Positions 1-11,437 of a DNA stretch of 64,000 nucleotides are shown here, one piece after another. Numbering within the stretch: the first letter of the stretch is position 1; every line of letters starts with the position of its first letter. Position numbers and translations under genes: made by a program. Below the pieces are notes generated by a model. That model was not told the origin of the DNA. It did no database searches and saw nothing but the letters and a program-made list of their open reading frames with translations. Source of the stretch: Lophium mytilinum (Eukaryota); contig MU004189.1 of assembly GCA_010093605.1 (NCBI GenBank), positions 441,834-505,833 of the forward strand, in the 5' to 3' direction.

Positions 1-3000
1 CGGGCCAAGTCGCACAGGAGGCTGTCGGTGCGAGCTGTGGCGTCTGGCCCTTCGGCGGTTGCACTGAGGATTTCCCAGGCTGCAAGGGGAGTTGCACAAC
101 GCCCTCGTGGACTGGAGGAATGCAAAAATAAAGGTGCATTGCACATCCGGCGCGAGAGGGACGGCGGGCTGGTTTGGCGAACCGGCGCCGTCGCCAGCGC
201 TGCTGACCACCCTCGCCGTCGAGATAGGCAGGTTGTTAGGAAGGCCTCGCGCACTGTCACCTATTCCAGGCTCAGACATTCTCCCGTCAGCCAGCAGCGC
301 CTCAATTGCCAGGCAGAGATTGTCGCAATCCGGCGATATGATGCCGTCGTATTAGCTCGCATCCAGGCGCGGGTGAGGATTCGAGCAATCTGGGGAACGA
401 CTCCCGGATGACCTGACATCGGAGCCACTTCAGATTCAGGCGGTGGCGTCCAATGGCCGAGCGGCGGATTCTGCCTCTGCAACGAGACGTCAGGCTGGCA
501 ACGGCAGACTCGGAGCAGTTGTCAGCGTTCGGCGCTCATTGGACGGCATGCTCGAAGCGTCCCGAATGAGCACTCGGGACAGCCCTCGGGATAGGTCGTT
601 GGGCACGCCTTGCGGGCAATTCGCGGGCAAGTCGTAGCGGATGACGGTCGACGAGTGGCTGTCGGTACTCTGCGGAGATGGCGTGGAGATGGGACAATCT
701 GCGACTTGGCCTCTTGCACGACGAGTGGCGGCTGGAAAACGAAGGGCTGTGGTGGTGGTGATGCTGATCGCGGTTCTCGAAGTGCGGCCTGGGGCTTCTG
801 GCTCTCAGCGATCAGCTGCACCCCAAGGTCCGCTGGGGCTGGGGGGTCCCACGTCGCAGAGGCTTTCAGCGGCGGACATGGTTCCTGCAGCTGGAGAGCG
901 ACGGCGGCGGGATCGAGGTTGCGGCTTGGACGAAGAGGGCGGAGTGGTTGGCTGTGTTTTGCCTGCACCTACCCGCGCTGCATATGCGTGTGATTTCAGG
1001 CCAATGATCCCTGCGCGCGCGGCCATTCCCGGGATGCGTCAAATTCGCTTGGTGGAGCTGCACCAGCGTTGCGAGATCAGTGCCACGGTGGGATTGTTGG
1101 TGTTGAGTTTTGCTGTTGGCTGTGCTGCGCTCAACCTCATCTCGCCCTTCTCCTGCTCTTACCACCTCGCTCTCCACCACGCTCTGCTCCTCAGCCAGCC
1201 AGCAGCCGAAGGGATTTGGAGAGCAGAGGGCCGGTCCAATCAGGGCCGGCCACGTCTTGCCCAGCATCACCGTTATCGGGGGCGCGGGCAGGCAAGCCAC
1301 GGTGGGCTTCTGGCGTTTGTAGGGCGACACAAACCACTCCTTGCAGTCCGGGAAGAGTCCGTCCATAGGCTCCGCATGCCACCGGGTTCGAGCGCTGCTG
1401 CCGACCACCAGCCGCCCGTGTGTCTCCCTCCATTTTCTAGCGCCGAAGATGCCAAAGACCTCACCTCTCCACACCTCTGTCCACACCACACCACCGAGAA
1501 CATGCGAGCCGCTGATCCTCCCGTTTTGCCGCCATCTTCTTGAACCGAACCTCCCCGTTCTCACCGCTGTTCTAGTCCTGCCCGAGAAACCCATCTTCCC
1601 AGTCTTCCCCTTCCCTTCCGTCCCCTCCCCGTCCTCGCAAGATGCCCGGCCTAGCAATCCATTCCCCCCAGCACGCTCTCTACCCCGCCCGGGTCCCGAC
1701 ACGGCGAATTTGGGGGCCACAGGGTGCGCCGCTCCGTCCCAGGGCCGTCGAGGGCCCACGGCCTGTACATGGCTCACTAAATGCTGAAACAAGCCGGTGA
1801 TTGCTCATGTGCAAGACTCGCTAACGGCGTGCCGTCGTCTGACGCCAGCTGGTCTCGAAGAATAAACGTTGAGAGCAAAAGAGCCGCGTCCTTCGCTTGC
1901 CATGACCCGCATGCGCGGCACGACATACATACCTGCATCCGTCGCCAGTCTGCATCATGTGCCGTCGCCCTCTCACAGGGTTCTACTGCAGCAGCGAGAC
2001 AGATCTCTGACTGCCGCATTACGTAGGGAGCCTGGGGTTCACTCGAGCAGACAGAACCAGCCTGGAATCGTAGACCCTGTTGCTGTTGAACGTGAGGGCC
2101 GTGGCGGAGCAGACGTGGACGGACAGTGCCGCGAGCCTGTGTGCTCTATACATCTTGCTCTATGCATCTTGATACATGTCCATAATTGCCCAGGTGGTGA
2201 GGGCGAAGTGTCGTTGTACGGCCATGCATAAGTTCGAGACACCCACACTCGACCCCGACGCAGCCAACCTTAGTACTCCCGCATCGCATCGCAGCGCAGC
2301 GCATCTGCATCTGCGATTGATCATGCATCGTAGCCGTTGTCGTTCCGTGTCAGCTCACTCGCGCAATGCTATGCCATGCCATGCCGTGCCGTCCAACCCC
2401 CTCGTCACGAAGATGTACCCTACATCGACTTTCCGCTTTCAGCCTAACGAAAAGCACCGACGAAGAAAAATCCTGGCATGGGAAGAGAGTAGTACCAGCC
2501 ACTACTCCAACTGCCAACCACCGCTAACCTCGAATACGCAACTCACGTTATACCTAGGTACGTAGGCAGAGCAGAATCTTCAATCCCGAGGCGAATCAAT
2601 TCCCGCAGTCCGATCCCAGGACTGTGGACGCCTAGCATCGACTAACTCGAGCTATCAAAGTCCAGCGCTTCACGTTTCCACGGTTCGCCCTCCTACCATT
2701 CTACCGTAAACTAATAACCACCATCCATGGCTCAACCAACCTCCCCCAATTCCATTCCCACCAGCCCCTCTTCCTTCTTCCATGTGGCAACTCAGATCCA
2801 ACCCACCGATCCCAACACGCTCGAGTAGTGGCGAAATACCGCCGGCCTGGGTCTAAGTACCAACGTGCAGCGCAGCGGGTATTGCAACCGCGGTTCCGTG
2901 ATGCCTAATTAGGCCAAACATCGCTCTTCCCCCCTCATTTCATCATCCAGGATTGAGCTGTTAATTATCTGTCCCTTCACGCACCAGGGTTCAGGTACGA

Positions 3001-3460
3001 AGATCAGATCAGCAGCGCAGATCGTGAGGGGGGAGGCGGGTCGGAGGGAGGCATGTGTTCTGTGACTTGCATGTGGGCAGGAAAGTGAGGCGGTGATGGC
3101 CGTTGAAAAGTTAATTGTAGTGGGAGAGAGGGTGGGTAGGTCCGATGTGGTTGAACGCGTTTTGATAGGTTTCGCGAACCACAACAGTTTATACTTCTTC
3201 ACTTGACTCCACCTGTACAGTAGACCCCTCTGTTGACTCCTAGCCAGACTTTTCCAATCGGGGAGTACAGTTTCGTCATATTGTGCCAATTGTAAACCCT
3301 TGCTTTCAGCAATCGATTCCCTCTTCTTATCGTCCATAAGTTCCCTTTCTCCAGGCTCCCAATTACTAAATCTGACCCATTTCAATCCCCACACCTTCTA
3401 CTAGAACCTCCCCGGCCCGTGCGCCCTCTCCACCCACCATAGATCCTTTTATGCAGTTCA

Positions 3461-4108
3461 ATCTGTGACTTCTTCCTACAAAAAGGACTGCGTTATGTAC
3501 ACCCAACGTACCCACCTCTGCACCCACTATAAAAAGAATCAACGCAGCTCAATCCATAACTTCTTCCAATAAACGGAAATACGTCAGGTACACCCAACGT
3601 ACCCCTTTGCGTACCCTCTAGGTCTTGCAAAAAGTCTCTTACTCGGTTAGATCCGTGATTTCTTCCAATAAAAGCTACTACGCCAGGTGCACGCAACGTA
3701 CCCCTTTGCGTACCCTCCGCGCCCTACTAAACATTCACTTACACAGTTAGATCCGTACCTTCTTCCTATAATAAGGACTACAACCGGTACCCCTTTACGT
3801 ACCCTCCGTGCCCATGAAAGCTGTTCTTACCACGTCGGATCTATGCCTTCTTCTAATAAAAGCTACTACAATAGGTGCAAGCAGCGTACGCCTTTGCGTT
3901 CCCTCCACGCGGTCCAACACGATCTCTACTTTACGTGCCCTCCACGGCTATCAGATCTCTCCCTACGCGGTCAGATTCGTGACTTCTTCTAACAAAAGCT
4001 ACTACACTAGGTGGACGTAGCGTAGCCCTTTGCGTACCCTCCACGCCATTTGAAAGCTTTCTAAGCGGTTGAATCGGGGCGTTCTTGCAATACAAGGCAC
4101 TACGAAGT
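3461..4108. repeat. Degenerate tandem repeat, ~6-7 units of ~90-100 bp
   Basis: Units start at ~3461, 3552, 3651, 3751, 3839, 3975 and ~4073. Approximate consensus is ATCCGTGACTTCTTCCAATAAAAGCTACTAC...GGT(A/G)CAC(C/G)CAACGTACCCCTTTGCGTACCCTC plus a more variable ~30-nt tail. Confidence 0.85.
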
Positions 4109-4540
4109 CCGTCAGCTATGCCATCGCGTTCCTCACCTCGCCTTACCATCCTTCTCTCCCTTGTCGCTGTCTTCGTACTGTCTTTATTCTCCGTAATGCT
4201 CCCCTTCCCAAGCTCTAGCGGTGAGAGATTGATCCCACGACTTTCAATTGTCTCATTTCTCTTCCTGCGCAGGTAGGGAAGAAGCCACTCAGCAAACAGT
4301 CACATAGCATTCTCACAGCACGAATCTGGCCCCCAACATAAAGAAGAACCATAACCATAACCATTGTCGCAAGCACCAGCAAGACTGCATACACAGAGGA
4401 AACCCCTTTAAACACCCCTCCCTTTCCCTGTGCCATCCCCTCGCCCTCCCCTCTCAACATTGAAAGAAAACCCCAAGCACCAAGACCGGCCCAAACACCC
4501 AGAAAAAACAACCAGAGAGTTCAATCTGACCCCAACGCAC

Positions 4541-7500
4541 TCAACCAACCGTACTCTCCTCCTCCGCCGCCCGCCTGAAATAATCCGCCTCGCTCATCTC
4601 CACACCCGTCGGCAAATCCGTCCCCAGCCCACTATCACTCGGCGCCGCAAACACAATCATCTTCCGTCCCTCATCCCCATGCCCACCCACCTCCTTCAGT
4701 TCCTCGAGGTGATCCTCCTTCTCCGCCTCCTCTTCCGATATCTCATGCTCCTGACCATGATGCCCCTGCTCGTCTCCACTCTCCTCCTCCTCCCCCTCCT
4801 CATCAATCGCACCCCCCATCAACGTCGACCGCACCGTACTCCCATAACTCGTGCGCCGATCAAGATCGCTGCCCGTCATATAGCTCCCCGTGCCCGAGCC
4901 ATATGTATACTCGCTATCCCCCGCGCCATAGCTGCTGCGGCCATCGAAGCCATCCGCATACGAGCCAGTCGCCGTAGCGTAGCTATGCCTCCTCTCAGTC
5001 CCCGCGTCGCTCGCGAGATCCTCATCGCCCTCATGCTCATCCTCACGCTCATGCTCATCCTCGTGTTCCACATCCCCCGCCGGCCCGGCCGTGATCTTCC
5101 GCGGCGTGTCGTCGTTGTCGATCTCGCCCTCACTCTCGTTCTCGTTCTCGTCCCGCTCCGCCAGCGCCTCGTTCTCCTTGTTGATCTCCGAGACGCGACG
5201 GCCTCCAGGTCGCCCGTTCCAGCTCGTCTTGCGCATGTAGTTCGTCTTAACTGAGTGGCTGCGCTTCAGGTTGCCGAGGCCGTTGGAGAGAGAGTTGGGA
5301 GCGCCGGCGTAGGCTTGCGCGCCCGTGGGGACGTTGTTGGTGATTTGGCTGAGGGAGAGGATGCGGCGGCTGGCTGGGTTTGGCGGTGGGCCGTTGCGGC
5401 GGATGGCTGGGCGTTGCTTCAGAGCGAGAGAGAGGCCGTTGGCGGCGGCGCTGGGAGGAGGCATGCTGCCCAAGGTGCTGTGGGAGGCGTTGCTGGGCAT
5501 GCGCTGCTTCTTGGGTTTGCCGGGGCTCTTGTTGGTTTTGTTGATGAGGAGAGCGCGGGAGTGGTCCATGATGCCGTTAAGGATGCGCCGTTCGAGAGCA
5601 TCGGCTTTGTGGTCCATGTCGCGTAGTTCCTCGCGGCGGATATCGAGAGCGGTTTGTAGGGAGGAGACTTCGCCGGTAAGACGGACCTTTTGGGTTGCGA
5701 GATTCTCGCGCTCGACTTGCAGAGCGGCGACGATAGCGAGTAAGGAGTCCTTCTCGTCCTTGAGGTTTTGGACGTCAGAGTCGAGTTGTTCCTTTTGTGC
5801 AAGGCGGCGCTCAACTAGAAGAGCCATCTCTTCTGCTTCACGCTCCTTGCTTTCATGGCCATCAGTGATGAGTTGTGTCTGCTTTGCCACGAAATCGGAA
5901 ACTTCGGCGGCAGTGTTCATGACCTGTTGGTGGATCTGATCAAGACGGCTGAGCTGAGCAATTGACTTCTCTGATTCATCCGCATGGTTCAGAAGCTTGT
6001 CGAGCTTCTCCTGCACCTGGCCATCATCATATCTCTCAACCGGCTCGACAGCCGGAGGTGGGGGTGGCAGTAGTGCGGGTAGGTTGGTGAAGTTGCTTCT
6101 GATCTCCTCAGCTCGTGCATTGTTTTCCTCAGCAATAGCTCGCACTTGCTCTTCAGTAGACTCCTTCGCTTTCTGAGAGTGTTCGTAGTGCTGATTGACA
6201 AGAGCGAGAATCTCTCGCAAGGTGACCATGAACTTCGGATGGAATTCAGTGACATCTCCTTGGAGGCCGTTGATTATGCGAATAGCATTGGCTACTTCGT
6301 CGCGGGTGTGCTGGTGCTCGGATTTGGTTTCGACATGGTGATCATCCAGTTTAGCCACCGTGTCATCCATGCGACCAAACACAGTCTGAGAGTCTTGCGC
6401 CATCTTGTTCGTTACCTCAGAGAAGGTGTCAGACAAGCCAGTAATGGTTGCCCCCAAGGTGTCAATAGTCAGCCGGAGCTCGTCAGCCATTGCCTTGGTG
6501 TTGGCTAGGATTTCTTGCTGCTCGGTAGCCTTCTCGTTCATGACCTTGGCCTGCTCATCAGCAAGGAGCTGGGCGTCGTCGTATTTGGTCATGATAGTGT
6601 CGAATTTCTCGTCGAGTTTCTGGCACAGCTCCGCAATGATGGCTTCCTTTGCCTCTTCCTGCTTCTCAAGAGTTGACGCGAGCTTTTCATCCTGATCGAC
6701 CTTCAGACCCTCCACCGAACCGTGCGATCGATCGAACTCCCGGTTCACCGTCTCCATCAGCTCCTTGATATCAGCGGTGATATTGAAGTTTGATCCAATA
6801 GTCTCCTCGAGGCTCTTGAATGACTCCAAAAGGCCGTCAACACCTTGACCACCTTCGCGCAGATTGCTCTTGATGTCTTCCTTGATCTCATCTAGAACAG
6901 TCTTGACTTCGGCGATATTGAGAACCATGTCTTCGGCTTCCTTCTTACGATCGTCGAAGGCCTTTGCTGTGATTGCAATATCAGCCTCGTAGCTGTCCTT
7001 CATCTTGTCGTGGCTATCCCGGAAGTCATGAACCAAGCCTGTCAACTGCTCCACGTCGGCCTTTGAAGGAAGCTGATCGGCATCAGGGGTGTTCATCTCC
7101 TCAACCTTAGCCTTGATGTCCATGCAGATCAAAGCGAGGGTGTCAACATCCGTCTTGGTAAGCTTCTCCTCGCCTTCTTCTTCTTCAGGCTTGGCAAGCT
7201 TCAGCTCTTCCAAAGCAATCTTCATATCCTGCACCAGAACCTCGACTACAGCAATGTCCTCTTTAGTGGCTCCATTCTCATCTATCTTGGTGGCGAGTGC
7301 GTCGATCGCTTCGTTCGTCGATAGAGTAATGCCCTCGATCGCATCCAGATGTTCCTTCTTCATAGCGTTCTCGGAGTCAGCAAGGGGCAGTTCCTCGATG
7401 ACGGCCTTGGTGTTCCTCAAAAGGGTTTCGATGGCATCGGTGTCGTCTTTTGTGGCTAGTCCGTCTGGATTTGGTCCATCTCTTGAAGCAATGACATTGA

Positions 7501-10500
7501 CTGTCGCCTGAAGATCTTGGAGGAGCGCCTCGATACCAATCATGTCATCCTTCATCGCAGATCCAGACGCCGGCTGAGCCTCAGGAACGACGGTTGGCGC
7601 TGGTGTATTCTGAATATTTGCGTCCATCGCCTCAACCTTGATATTCAACTGAGCCAACATGACTTCCATCTTCTCCAAATCGTTGCGCTGAAGTGACTCC
7701 TGCGGTACATGCACAGGCGGCATGTCACGACTCATGGAACCGGGATCTTCGGCAAGCACAACCTCATTACCCCTCGGGGCTTCTTCATCAAAAGACTCTG
7801 CAGAAGACTCGGACCTGGTGTGTCCTTTGAGGCGGTCGATATCTTCACGAAGGCCGGCAAGACCATCCTTCAACGTGTCCAGAATCTCGTACGAAACGGT
7901 CATATCAACTGGCTTGTCGACCAACTTGACGACATCTGAGCGCAGACTGTCGAGACCATCATTTAACGCATCGAGGATTTCTCCAGTTGCGGACATATGG
8001 CGTTCTGGATTGTCCATCCTCTTCTCCAAATGCGAGCGTAGATCGTCGAGACCCAATCTTACTGCATCGAGAACCTCCTCTGTATCAGCCCTGGAACCGT
8101 GACGAGCCATACCGGTCGCAATCGATTGTCGGAGTTGTTCCAATTCGCCACGGAAAGCTTCAAGTAGCTCTTCATTGAGACCACTTGACTCGGATCGAGA
8201 TGCGTTGGCCCTCATTTCCTCAAGACCTGTCCTCAGAGTCTCCAGGATTTCCTCCTTCTCCACGGAATCGCCACTTCGGACGAGCGTAGACCCTAAGGTT
8301 TCCCGCAGATGTTGGACCTCTTCTTGAATTGCGGTTAGAGTTTCCTTGGAGGCGGTGTCCTGCTCAGATGCAAGCTGAGAGCGCAAGCCATCCATAGACT
8401 CTCGCACGGCATCAACAATATCATCTCTATCAGCTGAGCCTCCAGATTTGATTAGAGTGGTCGCCAGAGTCTCTCGAAGATGTTCGAACTCTTCCTTCAT
8501 CGAAGCAAGAATATCGTCGTTGGTGTTTACCGAAGAGTCGGACTGGCCGAGATTGGCATGGAGACCTTCGAGGCTGGCATGGAGGGCTTCAAGAATCTCG
8601 TCCTTGTGAGAGGCACTACCACCGAGTAAGACGTCCTTGAGTTGTTCGAATTCGTCCTTCATCGCTTCGTTAATGTCGTCATTGGTCTCTGGATCAAAGT
8701 CGCGAGTAGTGGTGACTTGAGAGCGCATGCTTTCAAATCCGGCGGTCAGGGCAGTCAGAATCTCCTCCTTGTCTTTGGCAGCCGGGAGGAATTGTGAAGT
8801 GAGCTCTTCGTGAAGATGCTCGAATTCTGACTTGATGTATCCAATCATGTCTCCGCGACTCAGAGCGTGATCACCACGAGGGCCTTCCGCGACGAAGCCT
8901 TGTACATCAGTACGCAGTCGCTCCAATTCGTCTCTCATGGTGTCCACAATTTCGTCTTTTCCGGTGACATCTTGGGCCTTGTCGACATAAGTCTCGATCT
9001 CTGCTCGTAGAGTTTCGAGGCCATCTCTGACCGCATCCAGAACTTGCTCTGTATCTCTTCCGTTGGCAGATGAGTAAGATTTGAACTCCTCTCGCATGTT
9101 GTTCACAACCTCCTTCAGGCTCGTCATGACCTGTTCGCCGTATCCTCCCATCGGAGTGCTGGAGCCTTCAAGGCCCGCCTTTACGGCATCAAACAGATCC
9201 TCACGGCTGATCTCAAGCTCACGAGGAGCGTTGAAGTCGTGATTCGCAAGAGTGTCTTTCACGGCGCCCGCGACGAGTTCTCTGGTGACTGCATGGTCGA
9301 AGGATGGCGGTTGAGCGTTCATGGCTGGCTTGAACTCCTCCAAGCATTCGCGGACAGCGCATAGGACTTCTTCCCGTATTTCGTGGGCCTCATTTGGTGG
9401 AGCTGGGAGAGTGAAGTTCTGGAAAGCTTCGTGAATGGTATCCATGACCTCTTCTCTACTGATGGCGTCTTGGTCTCTTGTAGAATTGGAGTTTCGATAA
9501 TCTTCGAGGCCTTCTTTGAGGCATTGGAGAATTTCATCTCGCTCCAACCCAAATTGCTGAAGCTCGATCTCAGGTTTGTATGCTTCGTAGGCTTCCCTGA
9601 CCGCAGAAAGAATAGCTTCTTTATCGAGAGAAGAATCTGCGGTTACTGGGGCGCGGTCTAGGCCGCGCTCCGCAAGAGCTTGCTTGACAACTTGGTACAC
9701 TTCCTGGCTATCGACCGAGTTTCGGGACATCATGGAAGAGTTTGATTGTCGTCGTTTCTCCCGGATAAGTCGATCCATTTGACCTCGAAGTTCGCCCAGG
9801 CCCTCTTGGACAATTCGTTCGAGGTCTGGTTTGTTCTGGACGTCGTCAATCGCAAGGTGGGATTCCCGCTCTTTGGCGTATTCGTCGATCTGGCGGGCAA
9901 TGTCTCTACCCATACCAAGAACCTCTCCTCGCATAGTCTTGAGGAAAGCTTTGGTTTCGGCAGTCATGCCACCTGTCTCAGCAACACTGTCCTTTATCTT
10001 CTTCAAGTACTTGAGCATTTCCTCGCTGACAAAATCGGCTGCTTTCGGGCTAGCATATGCTTTCTGGCTATCCGTACCGTTTGGCATTGGAAAGCTGGCA
10101 TTCATATCCCGGGTAGTACGAGCAAGCGGCCCGGTGCCTGGTGTGGGCTGGAAAGTTGTGTTCTGTCCATTGACTCCACCTCCATTTCCTCCTCCACGTG
10201 CCACCAGCGCTTGGCTCTGAGGTCCTGTCTTGATGAACTCGACCAGGTCGGTGACCTTCTTAGCGGTGTCGCCAGTGGCCTTGTCGACCAGGGTTGAGAG
10301 CGTTGCCAGAAGGCGTTCTTGGCCATCTTTGGTGACCATCTCGCGAATGATCTTTTCTAACATCGCTACACTGGCGGCTCCTTCGACAGAGTAAGGATTT
10401 GGGCTCCCTATTCTATCATCTCCCCACATGTTAGGAGAGGGAAATCGGGGCAGGACGAAGTTCTTTCCCGGTGGGGTGCTGTGTGAATCCTTCTTCTCTC

Positions 10501-11437
10501 CGAAGAGACCGCTGCTCGATCGACTGAAATCCAATGGAGCTCCAAGGAGACTACTTTGTTGAGGGTGACCAACGTTCGCAACGAGTTCTCGCAGACACTT
10601 GCGAATGTCTTCATCTCGAGAGTTTGTAGCCTCTTTGAGGCTGATCAAATCGCTAGCGTTGTCTTTACTCCGGCGACTCAACTGTGACATCTCCTTCTGG
10701 AGGTTGGAAGCTATAGAGGTAATGCTCAGAAGCTGACTTGAAATGGCATCGAATGTCTGGGGAGTCCTAGCTGTCGACGTATTTGCAGAATTGGCGGAAT
10801 TGGCGGAGTTTGTAGAGTTTGTAGAATTGGCGATATTTGGTAAAGGTTCGAGATGCTCCCGTGGTATGGTCATGGTTTGTAGTGCCAACATGGTGGCCGA
10901 AGGCGGAGTATTTTCACCCAGTATTGCCTTTGTAAGCGGTCGGCTGGATGCTCGCAGGGCCGGGGTATCTTTCAGCACATCTCGCCCAAGGGGTGTGGGC
11001 GTTCCAGATCGAGTGGGACTCTTGTCTGGAGACGTGGGGAATGGGTAGTCCCTGTCATGATCTCGTCCCATATTTGGTGTCGCTGATCTTGATGGGCGCT
11101 CGGGTGAGCGGTCTGGCGACCTCACACCATCGAGGAAGCTCCTCAGGTCTCGGACACTGGTAGTCTGTAGCGACTGCATGCGCTTGTGTTGGGCGGATTT
11201 GACTAGAGACCTATCTGGCGACTTTTCTGGCATACGGTTTGTAGTATATGAGCTTGCAGGCGCGCTCTCCCGTGCCTTTTCTTCAAGTGCCCTGGCAGCA
11301 GCAGCGATTCCTGCAGATACGTTGGGTCGAGTAGAGGCGCTGACAGGCGAACCTGGATTAAGAGGAAGCGGAGGCGGTGCGCGTTCTGGATCAGAGCTAT
11401 CCCACCTGCGACGTCGAAGACGACTGGTCAGTGGCAT
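4541..11437 (-). CDS. Very large (2298 aa) intronless coiled-coil protein of a conserved filamentous-fungal type, with Ser/Pro-rich N-terminus and acidic low-complexity C-terminus; function unknown
   Basis: 6.9-kb uninterrupted ORF. Long E/D/L/K heptad-like helical region with recurring 'EIL..LK.GLE.LR' motifs. No catalytic motif recognised. Confidence 0.9.
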   Translation of the reverse strand: MPLTSRLRRRRWDSSDPERAPPPLPLNPGSPVSASTRPNVSAGIAAAARALEEKARESAPASSYTTNRMPEKSPDRSLVKSAQHKRMQSLQTTSVRDLRSFLDGVRSPDRSPERPSRSATPNMGRDHDRDYPFPTSPDKSPTRSGTPTPLGRDVLKDTPALRASSRPLTKAILGENTPPSATMLALQTMTIPREHLEPLPNIANSTNSTNSANSANSANTSTARTPQTFDAISSQLLSITSIASNLQKEMSQLSRRSKDNASDLISLKEATNSRDEDIRKCLRELVANVGHPQQSSLLGAPLDFSRSSSGLFGEKKDSHSTPPGKNFVLPRFPSPNMWGDDRIGSPNPYSVEGAASVAMLEKIIREMVTKDGQERLLATLSTLVDKATGDTAKKVTDLVEFIKTGPQSQALVARGGGNGGGVNGQNTTFQPTPGTGPLARTTRDMNASFPMPNGTDSQKAYASPKAADFVSEEMLKYLKKIKDSVAETGGMTAETKAFLKTMRGEVLGMGRDIARQIDEYAKERESHLAIDDVQNKPDLERIVQEGLGELRGQMDRLIREKRRQSNSSMMSRNSVDSQEVYQVVKQALAERGLDRAPVTADSSLDKEAILSAVREAYEAYKPEIELQQFGLERDEILQCLKEGLEDYRNSNSTRDQDAISREEVMDTIHEAFQNFTLPAPPNEAHEIREEVLCAVRECLEEFKPAMNAQPPSFDHAVTRELVAGAVKDTLANHDFNAPRELEISREDLFDAVKAGLEGSSTPMGGYGEQVMTSLKEVVNNMREEFKSYSSANGRDTEQVLDAVRDGLETLRAEIETYVDKAQDVTGKDEIVDTMRDELERLRTDVQGFVAEGPRGDHALSRGDMIGYIKSEFEHLHEELTSQFLPAAKDKEEILTALTAGFESMRSQVTTTRDFDPETNDDINEAMKDEFEQLKDVLLGGSASHKDEILEALHASLEGLHANLGQSDSSVNTNDDILASMKEEFEHLRETLATTLIKSGGSADRDDIVDAVRESMDGLRSQLASEQDTASKETLTAIQEEVQHLRETLGSTLVRSGDSVEKEEILETLRTGLEEMRANASRSESSGLNEELLEAFRGELEQLRQSIATGMARHGSRADTEEVLDAVRLGLDDLRSHLEKRMDNPERHMSATGEILDALNDGLDSLRSDVVKLVDKPVDMTVSYEILDTLKDGLAGLREDIDRLKGHTRSESSAESFDEEAPRGNEVVLAEDPGSMSRDMPPVHVPQESLQRNDLEKMEVMLAQLNIKVEAMDANIQNTPAPTVVPEAQPASGSAMKDDMIGIEALLQDLQATVNVIASRDGPNPDGLATKDDTDAIETLLRNTKAVIEELPLADSENAMKKEHLDAIEGITLSTNEAIDALATKIDENGATKEDIAVVEVLVQDMKIALEELKLAKPEEEEGEEKLTKTDVDTLALICMDIKAKVEEMNTPDADQLPSKADVEQLTGLVHDFRDSHDKMKDSYEADIAITAKAFDDRKKEAEDMVLNIAEVKTVLDEIKEDIKSNLREGGQGVDGLLESFKSLEETIGSNFNITADIKELMETVNREFDRSHGSVEGLKVDQDEKLASTLEKQEEAKEAIIAELCQKLDEKFDTIMTKYDDAQLLADEQAKVMNEKATEQQEILANTKAMADELRLTIDTLGATITGLSDTFSEVTNKMAQDSQTVFGRMDDTVAKLDDHHVETKSEHQHTRDEVANAIRIINGLQGDVTEFHPKFMVTLREILALVNQHYEHSQKAKESTEEQVRAIAEENNARAEEIRSNFTNLPALLPPPPPAVEPVERYDDGQVQEKLDKLLNHADESEKSIAQLSRLDQIHQQVMNTAAEVSDFVAKQTQLITDGHESKEREAEEMALLVERRLAQKEQLDSDVQNLKDEKDSLLAIVAALQVERENLATQKVRLTGEVSSLQTALDIRREELRDMDHKADALERRILNGIMDHSRALLINKTNKSPGKPKKQRMPSNASHSTLGSMPPPSAAANGLSLALKQRPAIRRNGPPPNPASRRILSLSQITNNVPTGAQAYAGAPNSLSNGLGNLKRSHSVKTNYMRKTSWNGRPGGRRVSEINKENEALAERDENENESEGEIDNDDTPRKITAGPAGDVEHEDEHEREDEHEGDEDLASDAGTERRHSYATATGSYADGFDGRSSYGAGDSEYTYGSGTGSYMTGSDLDRRTSYGSTVRSTLMGGAIDEEGEEEESGDEQGHHGQEHEISEEEAEKEDHLEELKEVGGHGDEGRKMIVFAAPSDSGLGTDLPTGVEMSEADYFRRAAEEESTVG

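Noticed and set aside
28..2565. Many overlapping 100-300-aa ORFs in the first 2.5 kb
   Set aside because: These are Arg/Ala/Pro/Gly-rich translations on both strands, expected from high GC, mostly with non-ATG starts and no motif or splice-consistent model. The region is more likely regulatory or UTR sequence; a small real gene cannot be excluded.
2909..3394. 161-aa minus-strand ORF
   Set aside because: GTG start, no recognisable domain, and no convincing upstream exon.
3461..4108. CRISPR-like or ankyrin interpretation of the ~99-bp repeats
   Set aside because: The context is eukaryotic with no cas genes, the repeats are degenerate, and the 'spacers' are related to one another. The RTPL motif lacks the rest of the ankyrin consensus, and frames break between units.
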